From Actinomycetota bacterium (GTDB taxonomy: Bacteria > Actinomycetota > Aquicultoria > SKW223): 64,000 nt of DNA. Positions 38,978 through 48,129 of the stretch are shown here, piece by piece. Position numbers and translations under genes: made by a program. Numbering within the stretch: the stretch's first letter is position 1; each line of letters begins with the position of its first letter. Location of the stretch: assembly GCA_026417515.1 (NCBI GenBank), contig JAOADC010000061.1, positions 18,074 to 82,073 of the forward strand, in the 5' to 3' direction. The notes under the pieces are model-generated. The model was not told where the DNA came from. It did not search any database and saw only the letters and a program-made list of their open reading frames with translations.

Positions 38978-41607
38978 GACCCTGGCACGCCTTAACAGAA
39001 AACAAGGTATTAGAAATCTTAGAAAGCAACTTAAAAGGTTTAACCAATGAAGAAGCGCAGAAGCGTCTTGAAAAATATGGTTTAAACGAGATTGCTACTG
39101 AGAAGAAAAAGACTTTCTTACGAATGATTCTTGATCAAATAATAAACCCGTTGGTCATAGTCCTAATTGCAGCTTCGATAGTAACCATTTTTTTAAAGGA
39201 ATTTACTGATGCTTTAATCATTCTCATCATTGTTCTTCTTAATACTGCAATTGGTTTCTATCAGGAATACAAAGCAGAAAGGGCAATGGAGGAGTTGAGG
39301 TCTTACGCTCCTCAGACTGCTAAGGTAATCCGAGATGGATCCTTAAAAGTGATTGACGCAACACAACTTGTACCTGGAGATATAGTAGTTCTTGATGTTG
39401 GCGACATTATACCGGCAGATTTAAGACTTCTAAAAGCAAATTCGATGAAAATCGATGAATCCTTACTCACAGGCGAGTCAGTTCCTGTTGAAAAGATTGC
39501 TGAAGAAGTCCTTCATGAAAATTCCTCAGTGCCTGAAAGAAGAAATATGGCTTTTAAAGGAACTCCTGTGGTTAATGGGGACGGAATAGGAATTGTAGTG
39601 GCAACTGGCACTCAAACTGAGATAGGCAAGATTAGCCACCTACTTTCAAGTACTGAAGAAGAGAAAACACCGCTTCAAAAAAGATTGGAAGATTTTTCTA
39701 AAAAACTAACTGTTATCGTTATCTTTATCGTTGCATTTCTTTTTGCCATAGGAACTTTGAGGGGCGGGAATATCTACGAGATTTTTCTCACTTCAGTTAG
39801 CCTTGCCGTTGCCGCTGTTCCAGAAGCACTACCAGCAGTCGTAACAATAATTCTTTCATTAGGTGCATCCTTAATGGCAAAAAACAATGCACTTATTCGT
39901 CACTTGCCTTCAGTGGAAACCTTAGGATGCACAGATTTTATCTGCACAGATAAGACAGGCACACTTACCTTAAATCAGATGTCTGTTGTTGGCTACTCCA
40001 CTGGCAGTTTAAAAGAAGTAATAGATAAGTTTCCTGAAGGCAAGATAGGTGATCTTATAAAACTAACCATCATAAACAACCATGATTGTCGAGTTCTTGA
40101 AAGCGGAAAAGTTATAGGTGATCCAACTGAAATTGCCCTTTTAAAATCTGCATATCGAAGCGAGTCGATTCATACAATCAACAACGAAAACATCTTCTGC
40201 AAATTTCCTTTTGATTCAAAAAGAAAGATGATGTCTGTTGGTGTAAAAAGCAATGGTCAGAACCTATTGCTGGTTAAAGGTAGCCCTGAAGCACTCATCG
40301 CCAATTCTTCAAAATATTTGGATGACGAAGGAAATGAACTCTACATAGATAATGTAAGAGAGACTCTACTAAATCGAGTTGAAGATTTTGCCATCAAGGG
40401 ATTTAGAACAATTGGCTTTGCCTACAAGCAGATGTCCGCAATAGACGACGTAGATGAAAGGGACCTTACATTCTTAGGTTTAGCGCTTCTAATAGATCCA
40501 CCAAGACCTGAAGTAAAAGACGCGATAAAGGAATGCTATTCTGCTGGCATAAAGGTGGTTATGATTACAGGAGATCATCCACAAACCGCTAAGAAAATCG
40601 CAGAAGAAATTGGGATTCAACCAGTCAAAAGAGTAATAACTGGAAAAGAACTCTACGAGCTTCCAATGAGCGATTTTGAAGAAATAGTAGAAGGGGTGTT
40701 TGTTTACGCTCGTGTTGATCCTGAACAGAAACTAAAGATTGTCGATGCTCTTAAAGATAAGAACCATGTTGTTGCAATGACCGGTGACGGCGTTAACGAT
40801 GCTCCTGCGCTTAAGAAAGCAGATATTGGAATTGCCATGGGAGTAACTGGAACTGAAGTTGCCAAGGAAGTTTCAGATATGATTCTTCTGGATGATAATT
40901 TTGCCACCATCGTAAAGGCCGTAAGAGAAGGAAGGCGCCTCTACGAAAACATAAGAAAGTTTATAAAATACACGATGGGCTCGAATACCGGTGAAATAGT
41001 GTCAATAATTCTTGCTCCATTAATTGGTTTACCGATACCATTAAAACCAGTTCATATACTTTGGATTAACCTGGTAACAGATGGACTACCAGGTCTTGCA
41101 ATGGCTTTTGAAAAAGAAGAACCGGATGTTATGGAAAAACCTCCACGACCGCTCAATCAGAGTATTTTTGCTGAAAACCTAGGCTGGCATATTATCTGGG
41201 TAGGATTTCTTTTGGGTATTATCACACTTGCTGCATTCCAGTTAAGCCATATTTTTGGCTGGCATAAAGAAGCAACTACCATCGCATTCTCAGTACTTTG
41301 TCTGGCTCAACTCGGCCATGCCTTTGCAATTCGATCCCACAAGTATTCAACTTTCTCTCTCGGATTCTTTTCAAACAGGATGCTAACCATTTCTGTTGCT
41401 TTAACTTTTATTCTTCAAATGGCACTCATATATGTTCCCTTCCTGAACATAGCCTTTAAAACGGTACCACTTTCTTTGCCGCAGCTTGCTTTGATTCTTT
41501 TATTTTCAACCTTCATATTTATTGCTGTTGAGATTGAGAAATTGTTAATTAGAAAATACGACATCTATGAAAAAATTAAGTCTTCCCTAAAAAATAATGG
41601 CTTATAA
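38974..41607 (+). CDS. cation-transporting P-type ATPase, Ca2+/type-II-like
   Basis: DKTGTLT phosphorylation site, TGES, MTGDGVNDAPALKKADIGIAMG hinge, and 10 TM segments. Confidence 0.9.
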   Translation: MRPWHALTENKVLEILESNLKGLTNEEAQKRLEKYGLNEIATEKKKTFLRMILDQIINPLVIVLIAASIVTIFLKEFTDALIILIIVLLNTAIGFYQEYKAERAMEELRSYAPQTAKVIRDGSLKVIDATQLVPGDIVVLDVGDIIPADLRLLKANSMKIDESLLTGESVPVEKIAEEVLHENSSVPERRNMAFKGTPVVNGDGIGIVVATGTQTEIGKISHLLSSTEEEKTPLQKRLEDFSKKLTVIVIFIVAFLFAIGTLRGGNIYEIFLTSVSLAVAAVPEALPAVVTIILSLGASLMAKNNALIRHLPSVETLGCTDFICTDKTGTLTLNQMSVVGYSTGSLKEVIDKFPEGKIGDLIKLTIINNHDCRVLESGKVIGDPTEIALLKSAYRSESIHTINNENIFCKFPFDSKRKMMSVGVKSNGQNLLLVKGSPEALIANSSKYLDDEGNELYIDNVRETLLNRVEDFAIKGFRTIGFAYKQMSAIDDVDERDLTFLGLALLIDPPRPEVKDAIKECYSAGIKVVMITGDHPQTAKKIAEEIGIQPVKRVITGKELYELPMSDFEEIVEGVFVYARVDPEQKLKIVDALKDKNHVVAMTGDGVNDAPALKKADIGIAMGVTGTEVAKEVSDMILLDDNFATIVKAVREGRRLYENIRKFIKYTMGSNTGEIVSIILAPLIGLPIPLKPVHILWINLVTDGLPGLAMAFEKEEPDVMEKPPRPLNQSIFAENLGWHIIWVGFLLGIITLAAFQLSHIFGWHKEATTIAFSVLCLAQLGHAFAIRSHKYSTFSLGFFSNRMLTISVALTFILQMALIYVPFLNIAFKTVPLSLPQLALILLFSTFIFIAVEIEKLLIRKYDIYEKIKSSLKNNGL

Positions 41608-41614
41608 TATCTCT

Positions 41615-41830
41615 TAGCGGGGTGCCCCTTTCTCGAAAGAGAAAGGGGAGAATAGGGAAGACCGGTGAAAATCCGGCGCGGTTCCCGCCACTGTAACCGG
41701 CATTTTTTTAGGGCTGTTGCCACGCTGCAGATTGCTCTCAACCAATGGGGGTGACTGCTTCGGAAGGCCTCAGCCTGATAAAGCCGGAAGCCAGGAGACC
41801 TGCCCTGCTTTATAAGAAGCCTTCGGGAGG
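41615..41830 (+). promoter_or_regulatory. cobalamin (AdoCbl) riboswitch
   Basis: Conserved GGTGCC, then a hairpin, then AATAGGGAAGACCGGTGAAAATCCGGCGCGGTTCCCGCCACTGTAA, and the B12 box AGCCAGGAGACCTGCC at 41789-41804. B12 transport genes follow. Confidence 0.85.
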
Positions 41831-41930
41831 TGAGGCATTTGGAACGCAACCCCTTTATTAAACTTTTCATTAGTACTTCCTGAACAATTCTCAATCTATC
41901 CATTTCAAGTAAATTAAGCTGGAGGTGGAG

Positions 41931-42836
41931 ATGAAGAAGTTCATTACTGTTTTTCTAATAGTCATACTCCTGTTTGCTTCAACCTTTTCAGGATGCACAT
42001 TAGAAACAAAACGACCTGAAAAAACTACCAAAAAACCTGAAACAACCTATTTTTCTTTTAAAGATGATTTAAATAGAGAATTAAAGATAAAAGTTCCTGT
42101 TTCTTCTGTGGTAAGCCTCGCTCCTTCCCATACTGAAGTAATTTTTGCCCTTGGCAAAGGTCAAAAACTTAAAGGTGTGACAGTATTTTGCAACTATCCA
42201 GAAGAGGCTAAAAAAAAGCCTAAGGTAGGAGATTTCTTTAATCCTAATGTTGAAATGATTGTGAAATTGAAGCCAGATCTTGTGCTCGCAGTAAAAGGAA
42301 TCCAAAATAGTCTTATAAGGACGCTTGAGAACAACGGTATTCAGGTTGCTGTTTTTGATGCTACTTCGCTAAAAGACTGCGCCAAAGATATCAAGATAAT
42401 AGGCAAATTGCTTGGTGCAGAAAAGAAGGCAGAAGAGATCGGAAACGCGATTGTAAATGCTTCTTCAAATTACGAAAAAACAGGAAAGAAAGTCTTTATT
42501 GAAATCAGTCCTGACCCACTCATCACTGCAGGAAAGAACTCTTTTATTTCTGATGCTATAAAAGCTGCAGGTGGTATAAATGTCGGAGATGAGTTCGGAG
42601 AAGGATATCCAATTGTTAATCCAGAAAAATTGTTTGAAATCAATCCAGATGTCTATCTCGTATCAAAATCGCTTAACTTGAAGTATGAAGACATTGCAAA
42701 GAGACCTGGTTTTAGCAAATTGAAATGTATTAAAAACAGAAAGGTTTTTGTTTTACCAGATGATGATATAGTTCAAAGACCAGGTCCAAGAATTATTAAA
42801 GGCATTGAGGTTATAAATGAACTTATCAACAGGTAG
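41931..42836 (+). CDS. btuF: ABC transporter periplasmic-type substrate-binding lipoprotein, BtuF/FhuD (cobalamin/siderophore) family
   Basis: Signal peptide with lipobox (FSGC) and a class III SBP fold. Sits downstream of the B12 riboswitch. Confidence 0.8.
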   Translation: MKKFITVFLIVILLFASTFSGCTLETKRPEKTTKKPETTYFSFKDDLNRELKIKVPVSSVVSLAPSHTEVIFALGKGQKLKGVTVFCNYPEEAKKKPKVGDFFNPNVEMIVKLKPDLVLAVKGIQNSLIRTLENNGIQVAVFDATSLKDCAKDIKIIGKLLGAEKKAEEIGNAIVNASSNYEKTGKKVFIEISPDPLITAGKNSFISDAIKAAGGINVGDEFGEGYPIVNPEKLFEINPDVYLVSKSLNLKYEDIAKRPGFSKLKCIKNRKVFVLPDDDIVQRPGPRIIKGIEVINELINR

Positions 42837-43782
42837 GTTAAAGCAAATCTTCAACAGTATTGTATTTCAAGCATCAATCGCAATCCTGTGCCTTGTTTTA
42901 TCAACAATTTTTGGTTACGGATATGTTGTGGATCCTTCTGATCCAGTATTAAGGATAAGGCTTTTTAGAGGATTGGTCGCATTTTCAGCAGGTGCAAGTT
43001 TGGCTACCGCTGGAGTTGTTTTTCAATCTGTCTTTCGCAACCCGATGGCTGAACCCTATCTGCTTGGCTCTTCATCTGGCGCTTCATTTGCCGTTGCAGT
43101 TTTGACGATAGTCTCTTCTTATCTTTCATTTTCAACGATTAGCTTTTATCCTGCTGCTGCCCTTTTTGGGGCAGCAGCAGCATCTTTTGTTACTTTAAGC
43201 ATTGCAAGAACAAATGGCAGGACACCTGTTTTAAAATTGCTTCTCACAGGAATAGCCGTTTCATTTTTTCTTGGAGCAATGACGCCTGTCATTCTCGCCT
43301 TCAGTGGGAAAGATCTTTACACAGTTTTCTTTTTTATGAATGGCACCACTCAGGGAGCAGGCCTGTTTGAAGCTCTAAGTTTGCTAACATTCAGTGCCCT
43401 CTTATGTTCAATCATTGCATTCAACTCAAGAAGCATTGATTACCTCTTACTAGGAGAGGAGAGGAGTTATCACATTGGATTCGAAATCGAAAAGGCAAAG
43501 ATGTTTCTATTGTTAATTGCTTCTTTTTTGACCGGACTTTCAGTTGCTTTTGCAGGTATTATAGGATTTGTTGGACTCTTGATTCCTAATTTAACTAAGA
43601 GCAATCTTTCAAAAGGAGCCTTTCATTGGGTTTCTACATCCTTTTTTGCTGGTGGCACATTTCTTGTTATTGCAGATTTCTCTGCAAGAAATCTATTCTT
43701 TCCTCGGGAAGTTCCCTTGAATTCAATTACTGCAATCCTTGGTGCACCATATCTTATTTATCTGGTGAGAAAGAATGCCTGA
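42817..43782 (+). CDS. btuC: ABC transporter permease, FecCD/BtuC family
   Basis: Polytopic membrane protein with the FecCD-family pattern. Confidence 0.8.
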   Translation: MNLSTGRLKQIFNSIVFQASIAILCLVLSTIFGYGYVVDPSDPVLRIRLFRGLVAFSAGASLATAGVVFQSVFRNPMAEPYLLGSSSGASFAVAVLTIVSSYLSFSTISFYPAAALFGAAAASFVTLSIARTNGRTPVLKLLLTGIAVSFFLGAMTPVILAFSGKDLYTVFFFMNGTTQGAGLFEALSLLTFSALLCSIIAFNSRSIDYLLLGEERSYHIGFEIEKAKMFLLLIASFLTGLSVAFAGIIGFVGLLIPNLTKSNLSKGAFHWVSTSFFAGGTFLVIADFSARNLFFPREVPLNSITAILGAPYLIYLVRKNA

Positions 43783-44545
43783 TATAACTCTTAAAGCAAA
43801 AGATGTAGAACTTAAGCTGGATGGCTTCTATTTAAAGATCGATAAACTAAGCGTAAAAACTGGAGAAAGGGTATGTTTATACGGTCCAAATGGAAGCGGT
43901 AAGACAACCCTCTGTAAAATACTGACAGGATTTATTAAGCCTGAAAAAGGAAGCATAAAACTCTTTGGTAGAAGCCTAAGCGAACTCAACTCAAAAGAAC
44001 GCGCAGGATTAATCAACTACACCTGTTTTGATACTTCAGTTGCCTATGTCGATAAAATCCTCATTGATTTTGTAAAATTAGGTGCCTATGTTAGGCGCTC
44101 TGCCAACGGTATCGAATCTGAGGTGATTGATGTCTTAAAACTCTTGGGGCTCGAATCAAAAAAGGAACAGGTTGTATCAACACTTTCTGCAGGCGAACTC
44201 CAGAGGGCAATAATTGCACAATCCCTTATTCAAAGATCAAAGATAATGATTTTTGACGAACCCACTGCCCATCTCGATATTTATTGGCAGCATAGATTGA
44301 TAAACGATATCAATCAGTACGCAAAGGATTTTCTAAAAACAGGAATTTTTGTGCTTCATGATTTGAACCTGGCAATCAATAATTTTGATAGATTGATCTG
44401 TATGAACGAAGGCAAGGTTCAGGCAGATTTAGAACTGGACTCTCCTGAGAAAAAGTTCAAAGCAATCGAAATCATTGGAAATCTTTATTCAATTAAGATA
44501 GATGTTACCCAGCACAAACGCAAGGTAATCGGTGTCTACTTTTAG
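43775..44545 (+). CDS. btuD: ABC transporter ATP-binding protein, BtuD/FecE-like
   Basis: Walker A GPNGSGKTT, signature LSAGELQR, and Walker B IMIFDEP. Confidence 0.85.
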   Translation: MPDITLKAKDVELKLDGFYLKIDKLSVKTGERVCLYGPNGSGKTTLCKILTGFIKPEKGSIKLFGRSLSELNSKERAGLINYTCFDTSVAYVDKILIDFVKLGAYVRRSANGIESEVIDVLKLLGLESKKEQVVSTLSAGELQRAIIAQSLIQRSKIMIFDEPTAHLDIYWQHRLINDINQYAKDFLKTGIFVLHDLNLAINNFDRLICMNEGKVQADLELDSPEKKFKAIEIIGNLYSIKIDVTQHKRKVIGVYF

Positions 44546-44560
44546 TATAAAATCGAAATT

Positions 44561-45067
44561 GTGGATGAAAATGTTTTAATCGTTCTAACAGGAGAAGGCA
44601 AAGGGAAAACGTCGTCAGCAGTTGGTCAGGCAATCAGATATCTGGGTGCAGGTAAAAAGGTTCTTTTTGTGCAGTTCTTCAAACCAGGCGATTCTTCAGA
44701 AATAAGAATTCTTAAAAAACTTGGCATCGATGTCTACGCCGATTCTCAAGCATCTCTACCAATCGATTTGAGTGATGAAATAACTATAAAGAGGCAGTTA
44801 AACTTACTTGAAAAAGCGGTAAGGGTATCATCACAATATCAGGCATTCGTGTTGGATGAATTTAACCTGCTTTCATCTTCAAATATCGTTGATATGAATC
44901 TTCTTAAAGAGTCTCTCAAGCATCTTAAATCCCAAGGTGATGTTATTTCGACAGGCAGAGATGCAGCGCTATGGCTTATTAGGATGGCTGATACTGTATC
45001 ACGCATTCTATGCGTAAAACACCATTTCAATGAAGGAATCGGAGCAAAAAAAGGCAGGGAATTCTAA
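44561..45067 (+). CDS. cobO: cob(I)alamin adenosyltransferase, CobA/CobO/BtuR family
   Basis: GTG start. The P-loop-like TGEGKGKTSSAVGQAIR...VLFVQFFK is typical of BtuR/CobA. Confidence 0.8.
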   Translation: MDENVLIVLTGEGKGKTSSAVGQAIRYLGAGKKVLFVQFFKPGDSSEIRILKKLGIDVYADSQASLPIDLSDEITIKRQLNLLEKAVRVSSQYQAFVLDEFNLLSSSNIVDMNLLKESLKHLKSQGDVISTGRDAALWLIRMADTVSRILCVKHHFNEGIGAKKGREF

Positions 45068-45068
45068 G

Positions 45069-45836
45069 ATGAAGCCAAGAGTTCTAATAATTTCAGGACT
45101 TGATCCATCAGGAGCCTCAGGTCTTTTGCTTGATGTTACAATTTCCTCATCAGAAGGGGTAATAACTGCTGGAATACCAACATGTCTCGTGGCAGAAAAC
45201 TATAGGACTGTTGAAGGGATTCAAATCACTGAACCAGATATACTTAGAGATTCAATCGATCTGGTGCTTGAGGAAGGAGATTTTAAAGCAACAAAAATTG
45301 GGCTTGTTCCACCTTCTCTGGTAGAAACTTTGGTAGAGGTTATTTCTGAAAGAAAAAGTCAGTTAGGTTTTGTGGTGTTTGATCCTGTGCTTTTTTCAAG
45401 TTCAGGATTCAACTTCTATGAAAAGGAATTTGATCTGCTATTTGAACTTTTTAGATGCACAAATATCATAACGCCCAACATTGATGAGTTCGAAAAGTTA
45501 TTTAAAACAAATAGAGAAAACATCAGTGAAGAAGAATTAAAAACACATTTGAATTCAATAAAACCAGCAAACCTATTGATAACTTCTTTTGAAAGAAAGA
45601 AAAGGATAATTACAAATCTCTTTTTGACTCCTTCAAAAACTATGCGTTTTGAAGTTGAAGAGACAGAATATGATGTCAGAGGTACTGGATGTGCTCTATC
45701 TTCATTGATCGCTACCTATGTGGCTAAAGGCTGCAAACCAGAAAAAGCGATAGAACAATCAATGAAAAGAGTTAGTGAACTGATAAAGGTTTCAGTTGTT
45801 ATTAAAAATAGAAAAAGAAGATTCGTGTTAGATTAA
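45069..45836 (+). CDS. ThiD/PdxK-family kinase (hydroxymethylpyrimidine/phosphomethylpyrimidine or pyridoxal-type)
   Basis: ATG at 45069. VLIISGLDPSGASGLLLDV resembles the ThiD N-terminus, and the fold is ribokinase-like. Confidence 0.55.
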   Translation: MKPRVLIISGLDPSGASGLLLDVTISSSEGVITAGIPTCLVAENYRTVEGIQITEPDILRDSIDLVLEEGDFKATKIGLVPPSLVETLVEVISERKSQLGFVVFDPVLFSSSGFNFYEKEFDLLFELFRCTNIITPNIDEFEKLFKTNRENISEEELKTHLNSIKPANLLITSFERKKRIITNLFLTPSKTMRFEVEETEYDVRGTGCALSSLIATYVAKGCKPEKAIEQSMKRVSELIKVSVVIKNRKRRFVLD

Positions 45837-46024
45837 ACCACAACTTTTACTTTTCCTGCTTTCAGGCACTTTGTGCAAACATTTATCCTTTTTAAGGAAC
45901 CATTTATCTCTGCATTAACCTTCTTCAGATTTGGCAGGAACCTTCTTCTATTAACTTTGTGAGAGTGGCTTATTGTATTTCCAAATGCTGTGCCTTTTCC
46001 ACAAATATCACATTTTTTTGCCAT
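45833..46024 (-). CDS. rpmB: 50S ribosomal protein L28
   Basis: MAKKCDICGKG...NTISHSHKVNRRRFLPNL is typical L28. Its stop overlaps the stop of the convergent kinase gene. Confidence 0.95.
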   Translation of the reverse strand: MAKKCDICGKGTAFGNTISHSHKVNRRRFLPNLKKVNAEINGSLKRINVCTKCLKAGKVKVVV

Positions 46025-46138
46025 TTCTATCCTCCACCAAAATGATTATCTAGCGAAAAAGAACGGATTAATTTTAAATTGGCATTTCAGTTTAATCAAC
46101 AATAAAATGCAGTTCTGTGTGATATTATTTTATCGGTG

Positions 46139-46486
46139 ATGAAATTGAAGACAAGATTTGGAGAAATAAAAATATCGCCATATATGATTTCACAGGTGGT
46201 TTCAAAGTCTGCCATGGAAAGCTATGGAGTTGTTGAACTTTCAAAAAAATCGATTAAAAGTAAGATAAAGTCAATGATAACCAGGTCAAGTGCAAGTGAA
46301 GGAGTAGATGTTGAAATTACTGAAAATGATCAAATAAATTTAAAAGTTCACATTTTCGTTGAATATGGTGTGAATATTCCAGAAGTCACCAGAAATCTGG
46401 CTGATAGAATCAGATACGACGTGAATAAGCTTCTCGGTCTTACAGTAAGTAGCATCGATGTTGTGATTGAAGGGGTGAAAGACTAA
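46139..46486 (+). CDS. Asp23/Gls24 (alkaline shock protein) family protein, YloU-like
   Basis: Family pattern (ISPYMISQVV...ESYGVVEL) and position upstream of the DAK2 yloV homolog. Confidence 0.8.
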   Translation: MKLKTRFGEIKISPYMISQVVSKSAMESYGVVELSKKSIKSKIKSMITRSSASEGVDVEITENDQINLKVHIFVEYGVNIPEVTRNLADRIRYDVNKLLGLTVSSIDVVIEGVKD

Positions 46487-46488
46487 CG

Positions 46489-48123
46489 ATGGCACTTTCG
46501 CTCCTTCGCTTAAATGACGTTAGGGAGTTTTTAAACCTCTCGTATGAACTTATAAAACTCAGCGAGCAGGAAATAAACAATCTAAACGTATTTCCAGTTC
46601 CAGATGGTGATACAGGTACCAATATGCTTCTTACTATGTCATCAGTAGCGGCAGCTGTTGAATCAGATTCAGTCACAACATTGGTCCAACTGGCAGATGT
46701 TGCAACAAAATCTGCTTTACTTGGAGCAAGGGGAAATTCTGGTGTTATTCTTTCTCAGATAATCAAAGGATTTTTCTCTCCTGTTAAGGAAGATAACTTG
46801 CAGCAAATTGATCCAAAATCGCTGATTAAATGCCTCGAATCAGCTAGACAGACAGCCTATCGCGCCGTAAAAAAACCTGTTGAGGGAACAATGTTAACAG
46901 TCATCAGATATGCTGCTGAAAGCGTATCTAAGATGAAGAAGAGTAGAAGAATTTCTCTCTCAGATGTAATTGAAGAAGCATTCAGAAACGCAGTTATTGC
47001 GCTCCAAAAAACTCCTGAAATGCTTGATGTTCTTAGAGAGGCAGGGGTAATAGATGCTGGAGGTCTGGGACTTGTAAAAATCCTTGAGGCCTTAAAATCT
47101 ATCATTTTAGAAGAAAAATCAGTCGAGCTAAGCAGGAAAGAAGAAGTCGGTTCCTCTGTTGAATTTGCAAGAATTCCATCAGAAAAAATCAACTACACAT
47201 TTTGTACCGAATTCCTCATCCTATCTAAAACACTCGATGTTGATTCAACCAACGAATTCTTAAACTCACACGGTGATTCGGTTCTTGTCATTAGAGATGA
47301 CGAAATAGTTAAAATCCATGTCCATACTGATAAGCCCATTGAACTGCTCAATCATTTCAAAAATTTTGGAGAGTTTCTTGATATAAAAGTCAACAATATG
47401 AGGGTTCAGACTGAAGAGGCGAATAAAATTCGTAAGGAAAGAAAAAATGAGGTTAGTCCTGAAAAACCGATCGCAATTGTTTCAGTCGCACAGGGTGACG
47501 GAATAATTGAAATCTTTAAATCTCTTGGAGTAGATAGGATTGTCGAAGGCGGGCAAACTATGAATCCTTCATCAGAGCAGATTCTTTCAGCCATAGAGGA
47601 TGCTCCATCAAACAATGTTATTGTGCTTCCAAATAATAAGAACGTTATTCTTGCGTGCGAGCAAGCAGCTGTCCTTTCTGAAAAAAATGTGACCATATTG
47701 CCCACCAAATCAATCCAACAGGGACTTCAGGCTATGCTTGCCTTCAACCCGGTTCTAAGTGTTGAAGAAAACTATAGAAATATGATGGACTCACTCAACG
47801 ATGTTGTTTCTGTTGCTCTTACAAAAGCTGTTAAAGACTCAAACATCAATGGATTGAAGATTCAGAAAGGTGATTATCTAGGTTTGGTTGATGGAAAAAT
47901 TGTTGAAAATGGTATGGATCTAACGCTTGTTCTGGTAAAAACCCTTAAGAAAGCGGGCATTGAAGATGCATCTTTTGTCACAGTCCTGCTTGGAAAAGAC
48001 TTGGAAAGTAAGGATAAGGAACTGATTCCATCTATAATTGAAAAGAATTTTCCAGATGTAGAATTTGATGTTAAGCACGGTGGACAGGACCACTATCCAA
48101 TCTTAGCTGCGATAGAGAGGTGA
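46489..48123 (+). CDS. DAK2 domain fusion protein, YloV-like
   Basis: N-terminal DhaL-like domain (PDGDTGTNM) plus a C-terminal uncharacterised domain. Conserved partner of Asp23, degV and recG. Confidence 0.8.
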   Translation: MALSLLRLNDVREFLNLSYELIKLSEQEINNLNVFPVPDGDTGTNMLLTMSSVAAAVESDSVTTLVQLADVATKSALLGARGNSGVILSQIIKGFFSPVKEDNLQQIDPKSLIKCLESARQTAYRAVKKPVEGTMLTVIRYAAESVSKMKKSRRISLSDVIEEAFRNAVIALQKTPEMLDVLREAGVIDAGGLGLVKILEALKSIILEEKSVELSRKEEVGSSVEFARIPSEKINYTFCTEFLILSKTLDVDSTNEFLNSHGDSVLVIRDDEIVKIHVHTDKPIELLNHFKNFGEFLDIKVNNMRVQTEEANKIRKERKNEVSPEKPIAIVSVAQGDGIIEIFKSLGVDRIVEGGQTMNPSSEQILSAIEDAPSNNVIVLPNNKNVILACEQAAVLSEKNVTILPTKSIQQGLQAMLAFNPVLSVEENYRNMMDSLNDVVSVALTKAVKDSNINGLKIQKGDYLGLVDGKIVENGMDLTLVLVKTLKKAGIEDASFVTVLLGKDLESKDKELIPSIIEKNFPDVEFDVKHGGQDHYPILAAIER

Positions 48124-48129
48124 TAGGAT

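Noticed and set aside
41625-41650. Perfect 10-bp hairpin (CCCCTTTCTC-GAAA-GAGAAAGGGG) right after the P-type ATPase stop, considered as a rho-independent terminator
   Set aside because: There is no downstream U-tract. It sits exactly where the variable P2/P3 stem of the cobalamin riboswitch is expected, between GGTGCC and AATAGGGAAG.
41565-41903. 112-aa minus-strand ORF in the ATPase-btuF gap
   Set aside because: It lies antisense across the cobalamin riboswitch. The composition is R/L/S-rich and unlike the local proteins, and it has no RBS. The riboswitch explains the conservation-like structure.
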